Source of the DNA: Haliotis rubra
Lineage: Eukaryota
Length of the DNA stretch: 64,000 nt
Assembly (NCBI RefSeq): GCF_003918875.1
Contig: NW_025766669.1
Span: 558,001-622,000, forward strand
Reading direction: 5' to 3'
The translations under genes and the position numbers were made by a program. Each line of letters begins with the position of its first letter. The stretch's first letter is position 1. The notes beneath the pieces were generated by a model. That model saw only the letters and a program-made list of their open reading frames with translations, made no database searches and had not been told where the DNA came from. Below, piece after piece: positions 40,275 to 53,515 of this stretch.

Positions 40275-40600
40275 GTAGCACGGTGGTGTAGTGGTTAGCA
40301 TACTGGCCTCTCACACCAAAGGCCCAGGTTCGAATCCCGGTGGAGATGCCAAAATTTGTGACATGGGTCTCATACTGTGTTGTGTCCCTGGGCAAGGCAC
40401 TTCGTCCACATTGCACTCAGTCCACCCAGCTGTTCAAAATGGGTACCTGAGAAGCGGATGTACGGAGCTATATGGTCATGTGAAGCGCTTAGTAGCGGCT
40501 TTGAAAGTACAATTCCATCAGGGTAATAATGTAACGCCAGAGAGCAGCATCATGTTGGATTCTAGCCGCAAAAATTAGCATTATTATTATTATTATTATC
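40275..40600 (+). mobile_element. CORE-type SINE (tRNA head, (ATT)n tail)
   Basis: A/B boxes, then tgtgtccctgggcaaggcactt...ctcagtccacccagctgt...aaatgggtacc CORE domain, then ATT repeat tail. Confidence 0.85.
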
Positions 40601-41160
40601 AACCTAAAATGTGTCTGTGTGCACACTGTGGAAGTTTGTTTACCAAAAAAACGTAGTACAGTCAATTGTTCTAAATTGATGTGTCAATGATAATAACTTC
40701 ACAGACGTCTTATGTTATCATTAACAAAAAAATATGCAAAGTGGTAACATAAGCACTTTACACAAGTCAGTCACGTGTGACTTTTGTTTGATTGTATCAT
40801 CTTAGTGCTAAGATGGCATCCATAACAGCTGCCTCGCTCAAAGACGTAATTTTGTCTCTGCCTCAGTGAAAATCTTTGTGTGGTTCTTTAGTACTCCAAC
40901 TGGGCTTTGACACCTGTGACTTTACGTCTTCAAGTAGGAGAGAGTACTTGTTAAAAGCTTCCATATCTCTGTAGTCAAAGATGGTGCAAAACATTTCAAA
41001 TGTAGGACATGGACTGGATTGAAGAGATTCAGCATAAAAGGGTTTAGTAATTCATACTTGAAATGTGTTAAATTGACTTAACATCAAATAGAAACTTGAA
41101 AGACTCTAAAGATCGGTATATGTTCTCATATGCTTTTGGGGTTTACTTCCTATGAGAACA

Positions 41161-41330
41161 GGGGCGGTGGGGTAGCCTAGTGCTTAAAGCGTTGGCTCGT
41201 CACGCCGAAGGCCCGGGTTCGATTCCCCACATGGGCACAATGTGTTAAGCCCATTTCTGGTGTCCCCCGCCGTGATATTGCTGGAATATTGCTAAAAGCG
41301 GCGTAAAACTAAACTCAGTCAGTCAGTCAG
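41161..41330 (+). mobile_element. SINE family A, young full-length copy
   Basis: 13-bp TSD tcctatgagaaca at 41148-41160 and 41331-41343. Confidence 0.93.
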
Positions 41331-41640
41331 TCCTATGAGAACAAGTTTGAAATGGCAAATGAATTTTGTTTTACGCCATGATCAGCAGTATCACAGCTAT
41401 GTTATAGAAACATTTATGAGAGACAATGTTTCACTTCGTCTTGATGTCATTAACATACTGTCATCATGTCATCATGTACTTGATCGTGTCATCTACCACA
41501 TGCATTGTTGTCAAAGGGCATGTCCACTCCAGATCTCAGTCTGAAAACTGGTGTTTTAAACTCTTCTTTCATGAACATGGTGTGATATGGGAAGTCGTAC
41601 AGTGACGTCTACTCAGTGGTCATTTCTGCTAACAACTTGA

Positions 41641-41879
41641 CAGGGGTGGAAATAACTTTAAAATTGCTAGTGTACTCCAGTACAGTGGCACATGTAAAAT
41701 CACTTGCCCTGATAATTTTCCACTATACCTGCCGTTTTCTTGTTGATTTTTTAAATAAATAACATATTTAACATTGGAATATCAACTGGACACCGGTACA
41801 GTGTGATATACAAATTTGCTTGCCCGACAGAAAAAAACACTGGACTCGGGCGTCGGGCAATGGGTTATTTCCGCCCCTG
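41641..41879. mobile_element. MITE with 16-bp TIR and 5-bp TSD (hAT5-like)
   Basis: caggggtggaaataac ... gttatttccgcccctg, with cttga on both flanks. Confidence 0.85.
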
Positions 41880-42064
41880 CTTGATAGTAGAATCCTTCCA
41901 CTTATAGATACGTATGTGAACCATTGATCTATTTCCTTGTCCATATTTCAGTGGAGTGTTGCAAAACAACCCACTTGTCCTTGCGCCATTGCTGCATGGT
42001 CTCGTCGTGATTGATAAACATTTTAGTGATGTAGGCATTTTGCAAGCATTCAGGATAAATGGTT

Positions 42065-43030
42065 GTGTAAATGTTATAACATGTCAGATCACACGCTATA
42101 ACTATTGTACATCACAACATGTTAGAGTCAGATAGATATATATTTATATTTATCAACATCATGAAATGTGACATACTGTCACTGTCAGATCACATGTTAT
42201 GTAATGTTATAACATCACATGCAGTCAGATCACATCTTCATATCAATGTTTCAACTTCATGCAGTCAGGTGACATTTTAAAATAATGTTATAACATCATA
42301 TGCAGTTAGATAACATACTTTATATAATTGACTCAGCACGTCACAGATTTCAAGAAATCACACAGCATCTCACAGAATTCAGAGTACAATTATATAAAAG
42401 TCATGATATCACATGCAGTCAGATCACATGTTGTATAATGTTATAACATCACATATTGTATACATTTCATAACATGCAGTCAGATAACAAGTTATATGAA
42501 TGTCATAACATCACATGCAGTCAGATGACATGTATAAATGTCATGACATCACAAGCAGTCAGATAACAAGTTATATGAATGTCATAACATCACATGCAGT
42601 CAGGTGACATGTATAAATGTCATGACATCACAAGCAGTCAGAGTACAAATTATATAAATGTTATAACATCACATGCAGCCATAGTACAAGTTACATAAAT
42701 GTCATGACATCACATGCAGCCATAGTACAAGTTACATAAATGTCATGACATCACATGCAGCCATAGTACAAGTTAAATAAATGTCATGACATCACATGCA
42801 GCCATAGTACAAGTTACATAAATGTCATGACATCACATGCAGCCATAGTACAAGTTACATAAATGTCATGACACCTCATGCAGTCAGATCACACATGTAA
42901 AAATATCAAACCAAGTCAATGCAGTCAGGTCACACATTGTATAATGTTACATCACATGCAGTAAGCTTACATATTGTATAAATTTCATAACATGTCACAT
43001 GCAGTCAGCTTACAAGTGTATCACATGCAG
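42065..43030. repeat. ~41-bp minisatellite, homogeneous core with decayed edges
   Basis: Unit ataaatgtcatgacatcacatgcagccatagtacaagttac. Confidence 0.9.
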
Positions 43031-43460
43031 TTAAGTCAGTAACTATTAACTTGAAATACCAAGATCACCAGGTGTTAGTTTCATGCCAAACTTAAAAAAA
43101 GATCTAATTTGCTCGTCACTGATGAGCTGAAATTAGAAATTGTTTCCAAGATCACTTGAACTTGTTTGGAAACTAAAATCAACATTGTTTGTCATCCAAT
43201 CAAGGCCTCTTGAAGAGAAGCCTTCTTTCCCATCTCTGTGTTGTCATGACGATAAATCTACTGATGATGATAGGATTATAGGGTGCTAGCCAAAACCATC
43301 ATCACACCACCAAATATGTTTTTATAAGAGTGATGAGTAATTTTTATATATTTACAATATGTATTGAAATGATATGAACTATTGTTAAATCTGTATGACT
43401 ATAAATCTTTTGATAAACTGTTACTTGTTAAGCCGTTGTTGTTGTTTACAGCCTACAAAA

Positions 43461-43593
43461 TATACTGGACAAAAATAGTTAGGGATATATGTAAATTTTG
43501 AAATTATGAATAATGATGTATTTATTCATTGACACATTGATAAAATATCAATCATAAAAATACCAATATCCCTAACTTATTTTGTCCAGTATA
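43461..43593. mobile_element. Tc1/mariner-type MITE (about 130 bp)
   Basis: tatactggacaaaaatagttagggatat ... atatccctaacttattttgtccagtata, with TA ends. Confidence 0.85.
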
Positions 43594-44861
43594 GATTCTC
43601 TTGGTTCTCAGGCTCTTGAGTATGTACCTGTATGGCGGCAGTTTATTCAGCTTAAAAACCTGCTGTTGTTATTTCTTCGCTTTGAAAACTGAAACAAGCC
43701 ATCCTGTCTTTTTAATATCACTGCTTGAGACCAACTGTTGTTATTTTTTCAGTGATATGTGCTTTTTATGCTTTTAAGTCATCTGGAATTAGTCTGGTGC
43801 CACGGCTGTACTACTGCAGTGAACATATACACGAAGCAGTTTGATTCTCTGTTAAACAGTTGTATTGCCAGACCAGTTTAATTTTTACATAGTCCATAGA
43901 CAAGTCTACAATAGATTTAGTGAAAGTAATTCATTAAACAGATTTTGATTCCTAATATTTTTGCACCTTGTTGAATATTCATTAAGAACACATTTGTAAA
44001 ACAAAGAATATAATTGGCCTGGCCTTAAAGATACACAATCAATAAACATTGTGCTATATGTCATCAGTACAATTAGTCAGCTGTCCTCTAAGCTGAGCTT
44101 GTTGTTGTTTTATCCAATTTAGGATGTATGTTATAGTACAATGTGATACTGGAAATAAATATTGAAATAAATCCTTTATATCCCTTTATTGCGTGAACTC
44201 ATTAATCATGAGCGCTATCCCAGCAGGGCTATGGGCTAAAAATAGATTAATGAAAACAGATTGAAGAACCTGTTTGTTTACATTAAGGTGGTATAGAACC
44301 AGTAATGTGTGACATGTAACATTGTAGGAGGCTACAAATTGCAATTAAGCATTTTGTGATCACCCAAAAAATAAAATTTATTTTCAAAAGAAATAAAATA
44401 ATAAAACCAGGGCAAATGGTATCACTGCCATTACAACTCTGGCCTTTAATCGTCTCTGTTGTGATTAGTGTCATGCTAGAGTGATGTGAATAGGACTGAA
44501 GTAGAACTGTTGTCATTATTGGGAAGTACTGTTTGTGCTTTACATAATATGAGAGAAAAACACCATATCTTGGATGTTTACATTTTCTATGCTGTATTTC
44601 CAAAGAAGCACTAAGCACAGGGTGCTCAGGTCACCTACATGCATAGCATGTGTGACTGTCTTTATGCAATCGGATGCACATTTACTTGTTCACTGATCAA
44701 TATTAGGGGATTCTTGGTTTTAGCTTGGCCCTGTTTTGAGATAATGTTAGTTGCATGCGCAACTGCAGCTTCCGTTCATACCTCAGTGCAGAGTATCCTG
44801 CACCAGTGACAACCAAATGGCAATTCATTCTTGTGACAATTGTGGGATAGACCAATGTTAG

Positions 44862-47292
44862 GTGTCTCACTGTAGGACAGACTCACATTCAGTGTCTCAC
44901 TGTAGGACAGACTCACATTCAGTGTCTCACTGTAGGACAGACTCACGCCCAGTGTATCACTGTAGGACAGACTCACACCCAGTGTCTCACTGTAGGACAG
45001 ACTCACATTCAGTGTCTCACTGTAGGACAGACCCACACCCAGTGTCTCACTGTAGGACAGACTCACATTCAGTGTCTCACTGTAGGACAGACTCACATTC
45101 AGTGTCTCACTGTAGGACAGACTCACATTCAGTGTCTCACTGTAGGACAGACTCACATTCAGTGTCTCACTGTAGGACAGACTCACATTCAGTGTCTCAC
45201 TGTAGGACAGACTCACATTCAGTGTCTCACTGTAGGACAGACTCACATTCAGTGTCTCACTGTAGGACAGACTCACATTCAGTGTCTCACTGTAGGACAG
45301 ACTCACATTCAGTGTCTCACTGTAGGACAGACTCACATTCAGTGTCTCACTGTAGGACAGACTCATCTCACTGTCTCACTGTAGGACAGACTCAGTGTCA
45401 CCCAGTGTCTCACTGTAGGACAGACTCACATTCAGTGTCTCACTGTAGGACAGACTCACATTCAGTGTCTCACTGTAGGACAGACTCACATTCAGTGTCT
45501 CACTGTAGGACAGACTCACTTTCAGTGTCTCACTGTAGGACAGACTCACATTCAGCATCTCACTGTAGGACAGACTCACATTCAGTGTCTCACTGTAGGA
45601 CAGACTCACATTCAGTGTCTCACTGTAGGACAGACTCACACCCAGTGTCTCACTGTAGGACAGACTCACATTCAGTGTCTCACTGTAGGACAGACCCACA
45701 TTCAGCATCTCACTGTAGGACAGACTCACATTCAGCATCTCACTGTAGGACAGACTCACATTCAGTGTCTCACTGTAGGACAAACTCACATTCAGTGTCT
45801 CACTGTAGGACAGACTCACATTCAGTGTCTCACTGTAGGACACTCACATTCAGTGTCTCACTGTAGGACAAACTCACATTCAGCATCTCACTGTAGGACA
45901 GACTCACATTCAGTGTCTCACTGTAGGATGGACTCACATTCAGTATCTCACTGTAGGACAGACTCACATTCAGTGTCTCACTGTAGGACAGACTCACATT
46001 CATTTTCTCACTGTAGGACAGACTCACATTCAGCATCTCACTGTAGGACAGACTCACATTCAGTGTCTCACTGTAGGACAGACTCACGTTCAGTGTCTCA
46101 CTGTAGGACAGACTCACTTTCAGTGTCTCACTGTAGGACAGACTCACATTCAGTGTCTCACTGTAGGACAGACTCACATTCAGTGTCTCACTGTAGGACA
46201 GACTCACATTCAGTGTCTCACTGTAGGACAGACTCACACCCAGTGTCTCACTGTGGACAGACTCACATTCTCACTGTAGGACAGACTCACATTCAGTGTC
46301 TCACTGTAGGACAGACTCACATTCAGTGTCTCACTGTAGGACAGACTCACATTCAGTGTCTCACTGTAGGACAGACTCACATTCAGTGTCTCACTGTAGG
46401 ACAGACTCTCACTGTAGGACAGACTCACACTTCACTGTAGTCTCAGTGTCTCACTGTAGGACAGACTCACATTCAGTGTCTCACTGTAGGACAGACTCAC
46501 ATTCAGTGTCTCACTGTAGGACAGACTCACATTCAGTGTCTCACTGTAGGACAGACTCACATTCAGTGTCTCACTGTAGGACAGACTGCTCAGTGTCTCA
46601 CTGTAGGACAGACTCATTCAGACTCACATTCAGTGTCTCACTGTAGGACAGACTCACATTCAGTGTCTCACTGTAGGACAGACTCACATTCAGTGTCTCA
46701 CTGTAGGACAGACTCACATTCAGTGTCTCACTGTAGGACAGACTCACATTCAGTGTCTCACTGTAGGACAGACTCACATTCACAGTGTCTCACTGTGTCT
46801 CAGGACAGACTCACATTCAGTGTCTCACTGTAGGACAGACTCACATTCAGTGTCTCACTGTAGGACAGACTCACATTCAGTGTCTCACTGTAGGACAGAC
46901 TCACATTCAGTGTCTCACTGTAGGACAGACTCACATTCAGTGTCTCACTGTAGGACAGACTCACATTCAGTGTCTCACTGTAGGACAGACTCACATTCAG
47001 TGTCTCACTGTAGGACAGACTCACATTCAGTGTCTCACTGTAGGACAGACTCACATTCAGTGTCTCACTGTAGGACAGACCCACACCCAGTGTCTCACTG
47101 TAGGACAGACTCACATTCAGTGTCTCACTGTAGGACAGACCCACATGCAGTGTCTCACTGTAGGACAGACTCACATCCAGCATCTCACTGTAGGACAGAC
47201 TCACATTCAGTGTCTCACTGTAGGACAGACTCACATTCAGTGTCTCACTGTAGGACAGACTCACATTCAGTGTCTCACTGTAGGACAGACTC
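44862..47292. repeat. 30-bp minisatellite, about 80 copies
   Basis: Unit agtgtctcactgtaggacagactcacattc. Confidence 0.98.
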
Positions 47293-48156
47293 TGTATAGT
47301 TTGTCACTTTTGAAAGGACCCAGGTTAAGTGTGTTATGGAATGTTAGACACATTCAGGTCGTATTTAGTTCAATTGTTAGGTTGGCTGTTATTCAAGTAA
47401 TGTTAGTAAGTAAACAAGGCTATCGCAATGGGTCTTGCAGATGAATATTCAGCTCAAGGTCATTAGTAATTAAGTGAATTATATAAATTTACAAAGGTCA
47501 TCTGTGTTTCACAATAACAAGATAAATATACAACACTTTGAAATACCCCAATCTTGACAAACTTTTCCAACTTTGCCTATGCTTGAATTCATTGAAACTT
47601 CAACAACACTGTGTGAATGTTGTAAGGGAGGTAACTCCAACTATATGTGATCTGTCTTCAGTATATGTCAGTTGGTGGAATAAAACTAACCTTAATATGA
47701 CTTTGAATAATATTTTCAGTTTTAGGTTCATCCTCTCTCTCATTTTGTCTGTAATTTAGGGCATAATTATTCTTCATCAAATTGTTTGTAGATACGAGTG
47801 GGTGTCTTGCGTCCTGACTGTACTGATGTCAGCTAATTCTTCGACTGCAGATGCTACGATTGTTTGACAACACAAACACATACATTCCAAGTACTGAGTT
47901 GTGTGGTGATGTAACAAGTCATTGTTGGTCAAGTCTTTCACCGTTGTTGATACTGCTCAGTGTGCACAAATCTTGCCACTTACTCTCACTGGACAGCCTT
48001 AATGATCCCTATTGTGAACACAGAGGAATATAACTATTCATATTATCTTTATCGTTTATTTAACATCTCTGTGATATACTTGGATTACTGTAGACTGCAG
48101 TGAAATAAATTTGAAATGTTTAATTAACTGATAGTCACACTACGGCTCAGTGATGA

Positions 48157-48482
48157 GGCCAGACCAATGTTATTTCTTGTTTTACAGATCAGCCAGTCGT
48201 ATTTTTTCATGAATAAGAAAAAAAAATGGAAATAAATTTTCCCCGCTCAAAATATAAAATCCTAATGATTTTTTGTTGCCAAATATGTAAACTTACAAGA
48301 AAAATATTTTTAGGTTGTTTTTTGCCCCATATACACTTCATAAATTGCCAAAAGTAAAATACTTTTAGTATTTAGAAGGAATATTACTTTGACTGGTGAA
48401 TTATTTTCATTTTTTTTCCCTCCTGCCTTTAGGTTTTCTGAGGACAAAAATCTGTAAAACAAGAAATAAAATTGGTCTGGCC
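48157..48482. mobile_element. PIF/Harbinger-type MITE
   Basis: About 32-bp TIR ggccagaccaat(g/t)ttatttcttgttttacaga, 3-bp TSD TGA. Remnants of the same family lie at about 785-875 and 43866-44024. Confidence 0.85.
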
Positions 48483-48653
48483 TGACTTAGCATAATACCA
48501 CTGCCACAGGCTAATTTGCATTTCATGTAACCAGACTTTTCTCTTGTTTGTTAACAAACATGCGAAATTCCAAATCAGAAGAGACTTCACAGTGCAAGTT
48601 TTTCAATGTGCTCTTCATATTGTTTTGTATATAGAGGTATCCCATTCTGTGAT

Positions 48654-48822
48654 GGGGCAGAGGGGAAGCCTAGTGGTTAAAGCGCAGCTCGTCACTCCGA
48701 AGATCCAGGTTTGATTCCCCACATGGGCACAATGTGTGAAGCCCATTTCGTGTCTCCGCTGTGATATTGCGGAAATATTTCTAAAATTTGCACAAAACTA
48801 AACTAAAACTAAACTCATTCAC
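48654..48822 (+). mobile_element. SINE family A
   Basis: cccattctgtga direct repeat on both flanks. Confidence 0.85.
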
Positions 48823-51134
48823 CCCATTCTGTGACAAGGAGTTTTACGACAATAAATATTTATACATCACAGTTTCTGGAAAACTGGCTCGATGTTGGCC
48901 TGAAATGACAACTTTTGTAAATGAAGGATAACTACGTAAGTAGAAATAGTGTCTCACGTTTCAGGATATTTTCTCAATGAAAGTAAACCATTGGTATAAA
49001 TGTTTATATAGACATTTAGACTCACTGAAAATCAAACGGAAGAAAAACACATGCAATATTTTGATTGGACCATGTAAGATCCGACGATCGCAGGGCTCCA
49101 GATAATTACTTTCACTCAGGGGTGTTTCACTCCTGAAAATTAAAATTGAGGAGTAAAATACCAAATGGAAACAAAAGGAGGAGTATTTCACAGATTGCAT
49201 GGTTGCATGACAATGCGCGTTGAGCTATTGCGCATTGTTTTCCTATGCTGGTTTAAGGCCATCCCGTAATCTACAGTTGTCCTAATGCTGTATTATTACT
49301 GATTCGGACCGGAAATGTTGTGATAGTAATACTGTTTAAAGGCTAGCTTTAAAACAAATAGTGAACCGAACGTGGATTAGAAATATTAACGGAGATCATT
49401 CAAAAACTGAACAATCTTCGCTTCAATACAGACAACGAACACTATTAGAGTTCTTAAGATTAGATGTATAGGACTGAAGCAGTATTTAGACAGGTTTGGT
49501 TCACGCATGTAAACAAAATCTGGCTCGTATTCTGAGAAGGTTATGGGTATCTTTCACGCATTGATTTGACTTTATCCATGCGTAATTTACACAGATACAC
49601 ATCTTATCTGGAGCCCTGCATGATGGCCACCTTGTGGCAGAGGTACTATGCTGTCTACGTGGAGCTCTGGGTAGGAGCATGGTACCCACTATAACATGGT
49701 CTGGGAGAGTTTCAAGTGTGTAATCTTCGTGCTTTGCTGGATTATATAAACAATGTTTCTGCATCACCCATGAATGCATATTTGTGGTGATGTTGTAACA
49801 CATGTCTAATTTGTGTCAACTAATCAAACAAGGCTGTGTTGAACTGTAGGAATTAAAGTGAGATGTGCATGAACTTTTTTCAAACTCTACCATCAGCTGA
49901 AATTGAAGCATCCTAAAGCATGGATGATGCAAATACCTAGGTGAAAAAGGCAGGCACTTAACCTATTAGAATCCAGTATATATACACAGGTTTGTTTTTA
50001 AAATAGAATTAGGTAGGATGAGAAGTTCATTTACCAAGTAACCCATGGCAATTTCACACAGTCAGATATCATTTCCCCTTTATCAGACTTAATTAGTCAT
50101 AGTACCATGGTGTAGGAAATTACCCATGTTGATAAATATTCATGTTTACAATATTGTTTGTTCTTGTATATATAGAGAGAATGGTGCTCATGTTAATGAT
50201 AAAACCATGTTTAAATTTGAAAGACTTTTACCTTCTTGTTGTCCTTCATAGTTATTCAAATACTGTAATTTTTAAATTGATTATCGGATATTTCATGTAT
50301 AAATGATTCATATATGATATATGCATACCATGACGATTTGTTTGTGATCTAGTGTGTCCTTATTATGATCATGCTGTATACTGTTATGATGATTATGCTT
50401 GTACGTTAATCATAGCAGCATGTGTTATATGCATTATAAACCTTGTTTAGACACTGTTCTGTTGCAAGGATTGTGAAAACACACACATGGAGGAACAGGG
50501 GTGTGAGAGAGTTCATGATGAGAGTGAAAGATGTTTTTTAGAAGTATTTCAGTGACGGCTTGTCAGCTCGACTGTATTAATATGCCCTAGTATGGTGCTA
50601 ACTGCCAAAGGAGGATAATCAGACTGAATCTTGGATTCAAACTCGTGACTAACAGATCCCAACAAATAAGGGAGGCAACTCTGCACACCTGGGCTCCATG
50701 TCCCCATGAAGCATAAAGATACTCTGTGATGACGAGTTCTTCTTATCTGAAGTCAGTAATGAGGTGAACTTGGTTTGCTTCGTCATTCGGACTTAAAACA
50801 TTTACAGAGAGATATTAACAATCTTAGCCTCTCAATCTTGAATACAACATCACCAAATTCAGGTTGAATGATGTTGCCTTAAAATAGGAACAAATATTTG
50901 TACTGTCTAGCGACAGAATTAACAAATATCATGCATTCGTCTGAATCAGCTTCACGTCAAGTGTCTACATATAACAACTCCCACTGAAGGCTAAAAATAT
51001 ATGTGACTTTTGTTTGCTCTGGATAGAGAAGAGAGTGTTTGATACTTTCTGAGTTGCCACTCTTATGATGAAAAATTCCTAGAAAATCTATTTCGCTGTA
51101 ATGAAGAACAAAACAAAGTGCTTAAAGTCAACCA

Positions 51135-51379
51135 CACCCGTGAAGGTCCGGGTTAGAATGAACCTTCAGTAACCCATGCTTGTTGTAAGAGGCGACTAAC
51201 GGGATCGGGTGGTCAGGCTCGCTGGCATGGTTGACACATGTCATAAGTTCCCAATTGTGCAGATCGATGCTCATGCTGTTGATCACTGGATTGTCTGGTC
51301 CAGACTTGATTATTTACAGACCGCCGCCATATAGCTGGAATATTGCTGAGTGCGGCATAAAACTAAACTCACTCACTCA
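51135..51379 (+). mobile_element. SINE family B, full length
   Basis: 13-bp TSD ttaaagtcaacca at 51122-51134 and 51380-51392. Confidence 0.92.
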
Positions 51380-52014
51380 TTAAAGTCAACCAACATCTTT
51401 CATGTTATAATAATGTCTATGAAATGACACAACTCTTATGATTCTTCTATCATGATGATTCTCTTCTTTCAATCTCATGTGTAACCATGGTAACAGTATT
51501 GGACCCTATCTTGTGCTCCGTGGGGATACATTGGCAGACATACCCAATGCCCTAATAATCTTCATAAGAGCTGACTAAAACCAAGATTACAGCATGTGAA
51601 ATGGCTGCTTTGAGTGCGATCGTATTCTGACTGCATGGATTCATGCTCATATTGTCACCCACTTGTTTGCTAAACTTAGATTTGATTATTTAGAGGTCAC
51701 CATGATGTAACTGTTTATTGATGACTGCAACATAAAGAAACCTACTCGCTGATGTGTTACCATGGCAACATGACTGGATCCTGTAACCATAGTGACACAA
51801 CAACAGCGTGATCGGATCATGTGTCATTTATAAACAGGTATGTCCAGACATAACCCATATGTCAATACTATTTAGTAAAATATTACAATCAAACAGTGTC
51901 ATACATCTGCACCTCATATACTTGATTCAGCAATGAGATGATTCATAATGTTAATTCTATAATGGTTGCAGCGATTTCCGATGCCCCATCAATCATCCTT
52001 ATGTACGTCTTTGC

Positions 52015-52705
52015 AAGTAGAACATGCCCTCAGTGTGTCTCTGAAGTTAAAACATCTGTTCAGTGTCAAACTCTAAAGGTAGACCCTGCAGGTAGAGCTT
52101 GTGTTCAACGTGAGACTCTGCACTGAGAACATGTGTCAATTTGAGCATTTGAATGTGGAACGTGTTCAGTATGCGAGTCTCTGCAGATAGTACATATGTT
52201 CTGTATGTGAATCTCCGAAGTTAAACCATCTGTTCAGTGGAGGACACTGCATGTACAGCTTGTGTTCAATGTGAGACTCAGCACACAGAACATGTGTTCA
52301 ATGTGCAAGTCTAAATGTGGAAGTCTAAATGTGGAACGTGTTCAGTAAAACCGAGTGGAGGACTGCAGGGGAGTACATATGTTCTGTATGTGAATCTCCG
52401 AAGTTAAACCATCTGTTCAGTGGAGGACACTGCATGTACAGCTTGTGTTCAATGTGAGACTCAGCACACAGAACATGTGTTCAATGTGCAAGTCTAAATG
52501 TGGAACGTGTTCAGTACGCGAGTCTCTGCAGGTAGTACATATGTTCAGTATGTGAATCTCGGAGTGGAGGACACTGCATGTACAGCTTGTGTTCAATGTG
52601 AGACTCAGCACACAGAACATGTGTTCAATGTGCGAGTCTAAATATGGAACGTGTTCTATATGTGAGTCTGCAGGCAGAACGTGTTCATTATGTTCAGTAT
52701 GTGAG
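52015..52705. repeat. Compound tandem repeat (130-190-bp blocks built from ~33-bp subunits)
   Basis: gtggaggacactgcatgtacagcttgtgttcaatgtgagactcagcacacagaacatgtgttcaatgtgc occurs three times. Confidence 0.85.
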
Positions 52706-53145
52706 TCATTGCATAAAAAACATTTACTCTATGTGATACAAGGTAGTACATTTTTTAGTCTGTTTTGATCGGCCCAGCTAGGATTCTACTTATGTTTTTT
52801 GTGATAAAACATGAAACATGTTTCAGTCCGTCTCTTGTTTGACATCTTGCATATCTTATCAGCTGTTCATTTGCAAAGAGAAATTTGCAAAAGGTGTGAT
52901 GACAATTTTAGTAAAATGTCCCATATTGTTTTTGTTGTGTTATTTGTTATGAAATATTCATTAATGCCATCTCCTTCAGAAGATGGTTGGTGATCGAGTA
53001 TGGCTTTACACTACTCATACCAATATTCCAGTAACACCAGAAATGGTGTACACACTGTACCTATGGGGATAATTAAGTCTGTGCATCAACGTTACAAGTA
53101 AATGCATCAACTACTAGGCTACTCCTGTATACCCCAGAGGAAGAG

Positions 53146-53502
53146 GTAACCGCCTCCGTGGTGTAGTGGTTAGAGCGTAGGCCCGGAGAGCAGATGGTCG
53201 CGGGTTCGATCCCCAAACGCATCATATCAAAAGACGTTAAAATATGGTACTTGTTGGTCCCTGCCTGACGCTCAGCATTAATGGCTACAACAAGGACTGG
53301 TCGGCTCAGAGTCAGTATAATGTGTCTGAGTGGGGTATTCATGCTTCACTGCGGCATGGTATCTCAGTGGGCTAGCACTATAAAACCAGCTTCAGTCTGG
53401 GCTAGTACAAGCAGTCGCACATACACATACACACGCATGCACGTCGTCACATGAGCGAAATATTCTCAAGCACGACAATAAACCCAATTTCACCTCACCA
53501 CA
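53146..53502 (+). mobile_element. tRNA-derived SINE family C (Meta-like central domain)
   Basis: A box TGTAGTGG, B box GGTTCGATCCC, central aaagacgttaaaatatggtac...ccctgcctgacgctcagcatta. 13-bp TSD cccagaggaagag. A degenerate relative lies at about 34375-34600. Confidence 0.85.
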
Positions 53503-53515
53503 CCCAGAGGAAGAG

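Noticed and set aside
44776-47444. ORFs of VSHCRTDSHS / SLSYSETLNV repeats
   Set aside because: They come from a 30-bp minisatellite. Both strands are open, indels break the frames, and there is no unique coding context.
47791-47836. Possible short terminal exon IRVGVLRPDCTDVS* with downstream AATAAA
   Set aside because: No upstream partner exon or recognisable homology; too short to support.
50720-50800. Possible C/D snoRNA (GTGATGA...CTGA)
   Set aside because: No terminal D box or closing stem at a suitable distance, and no recognisable rRNA guide.
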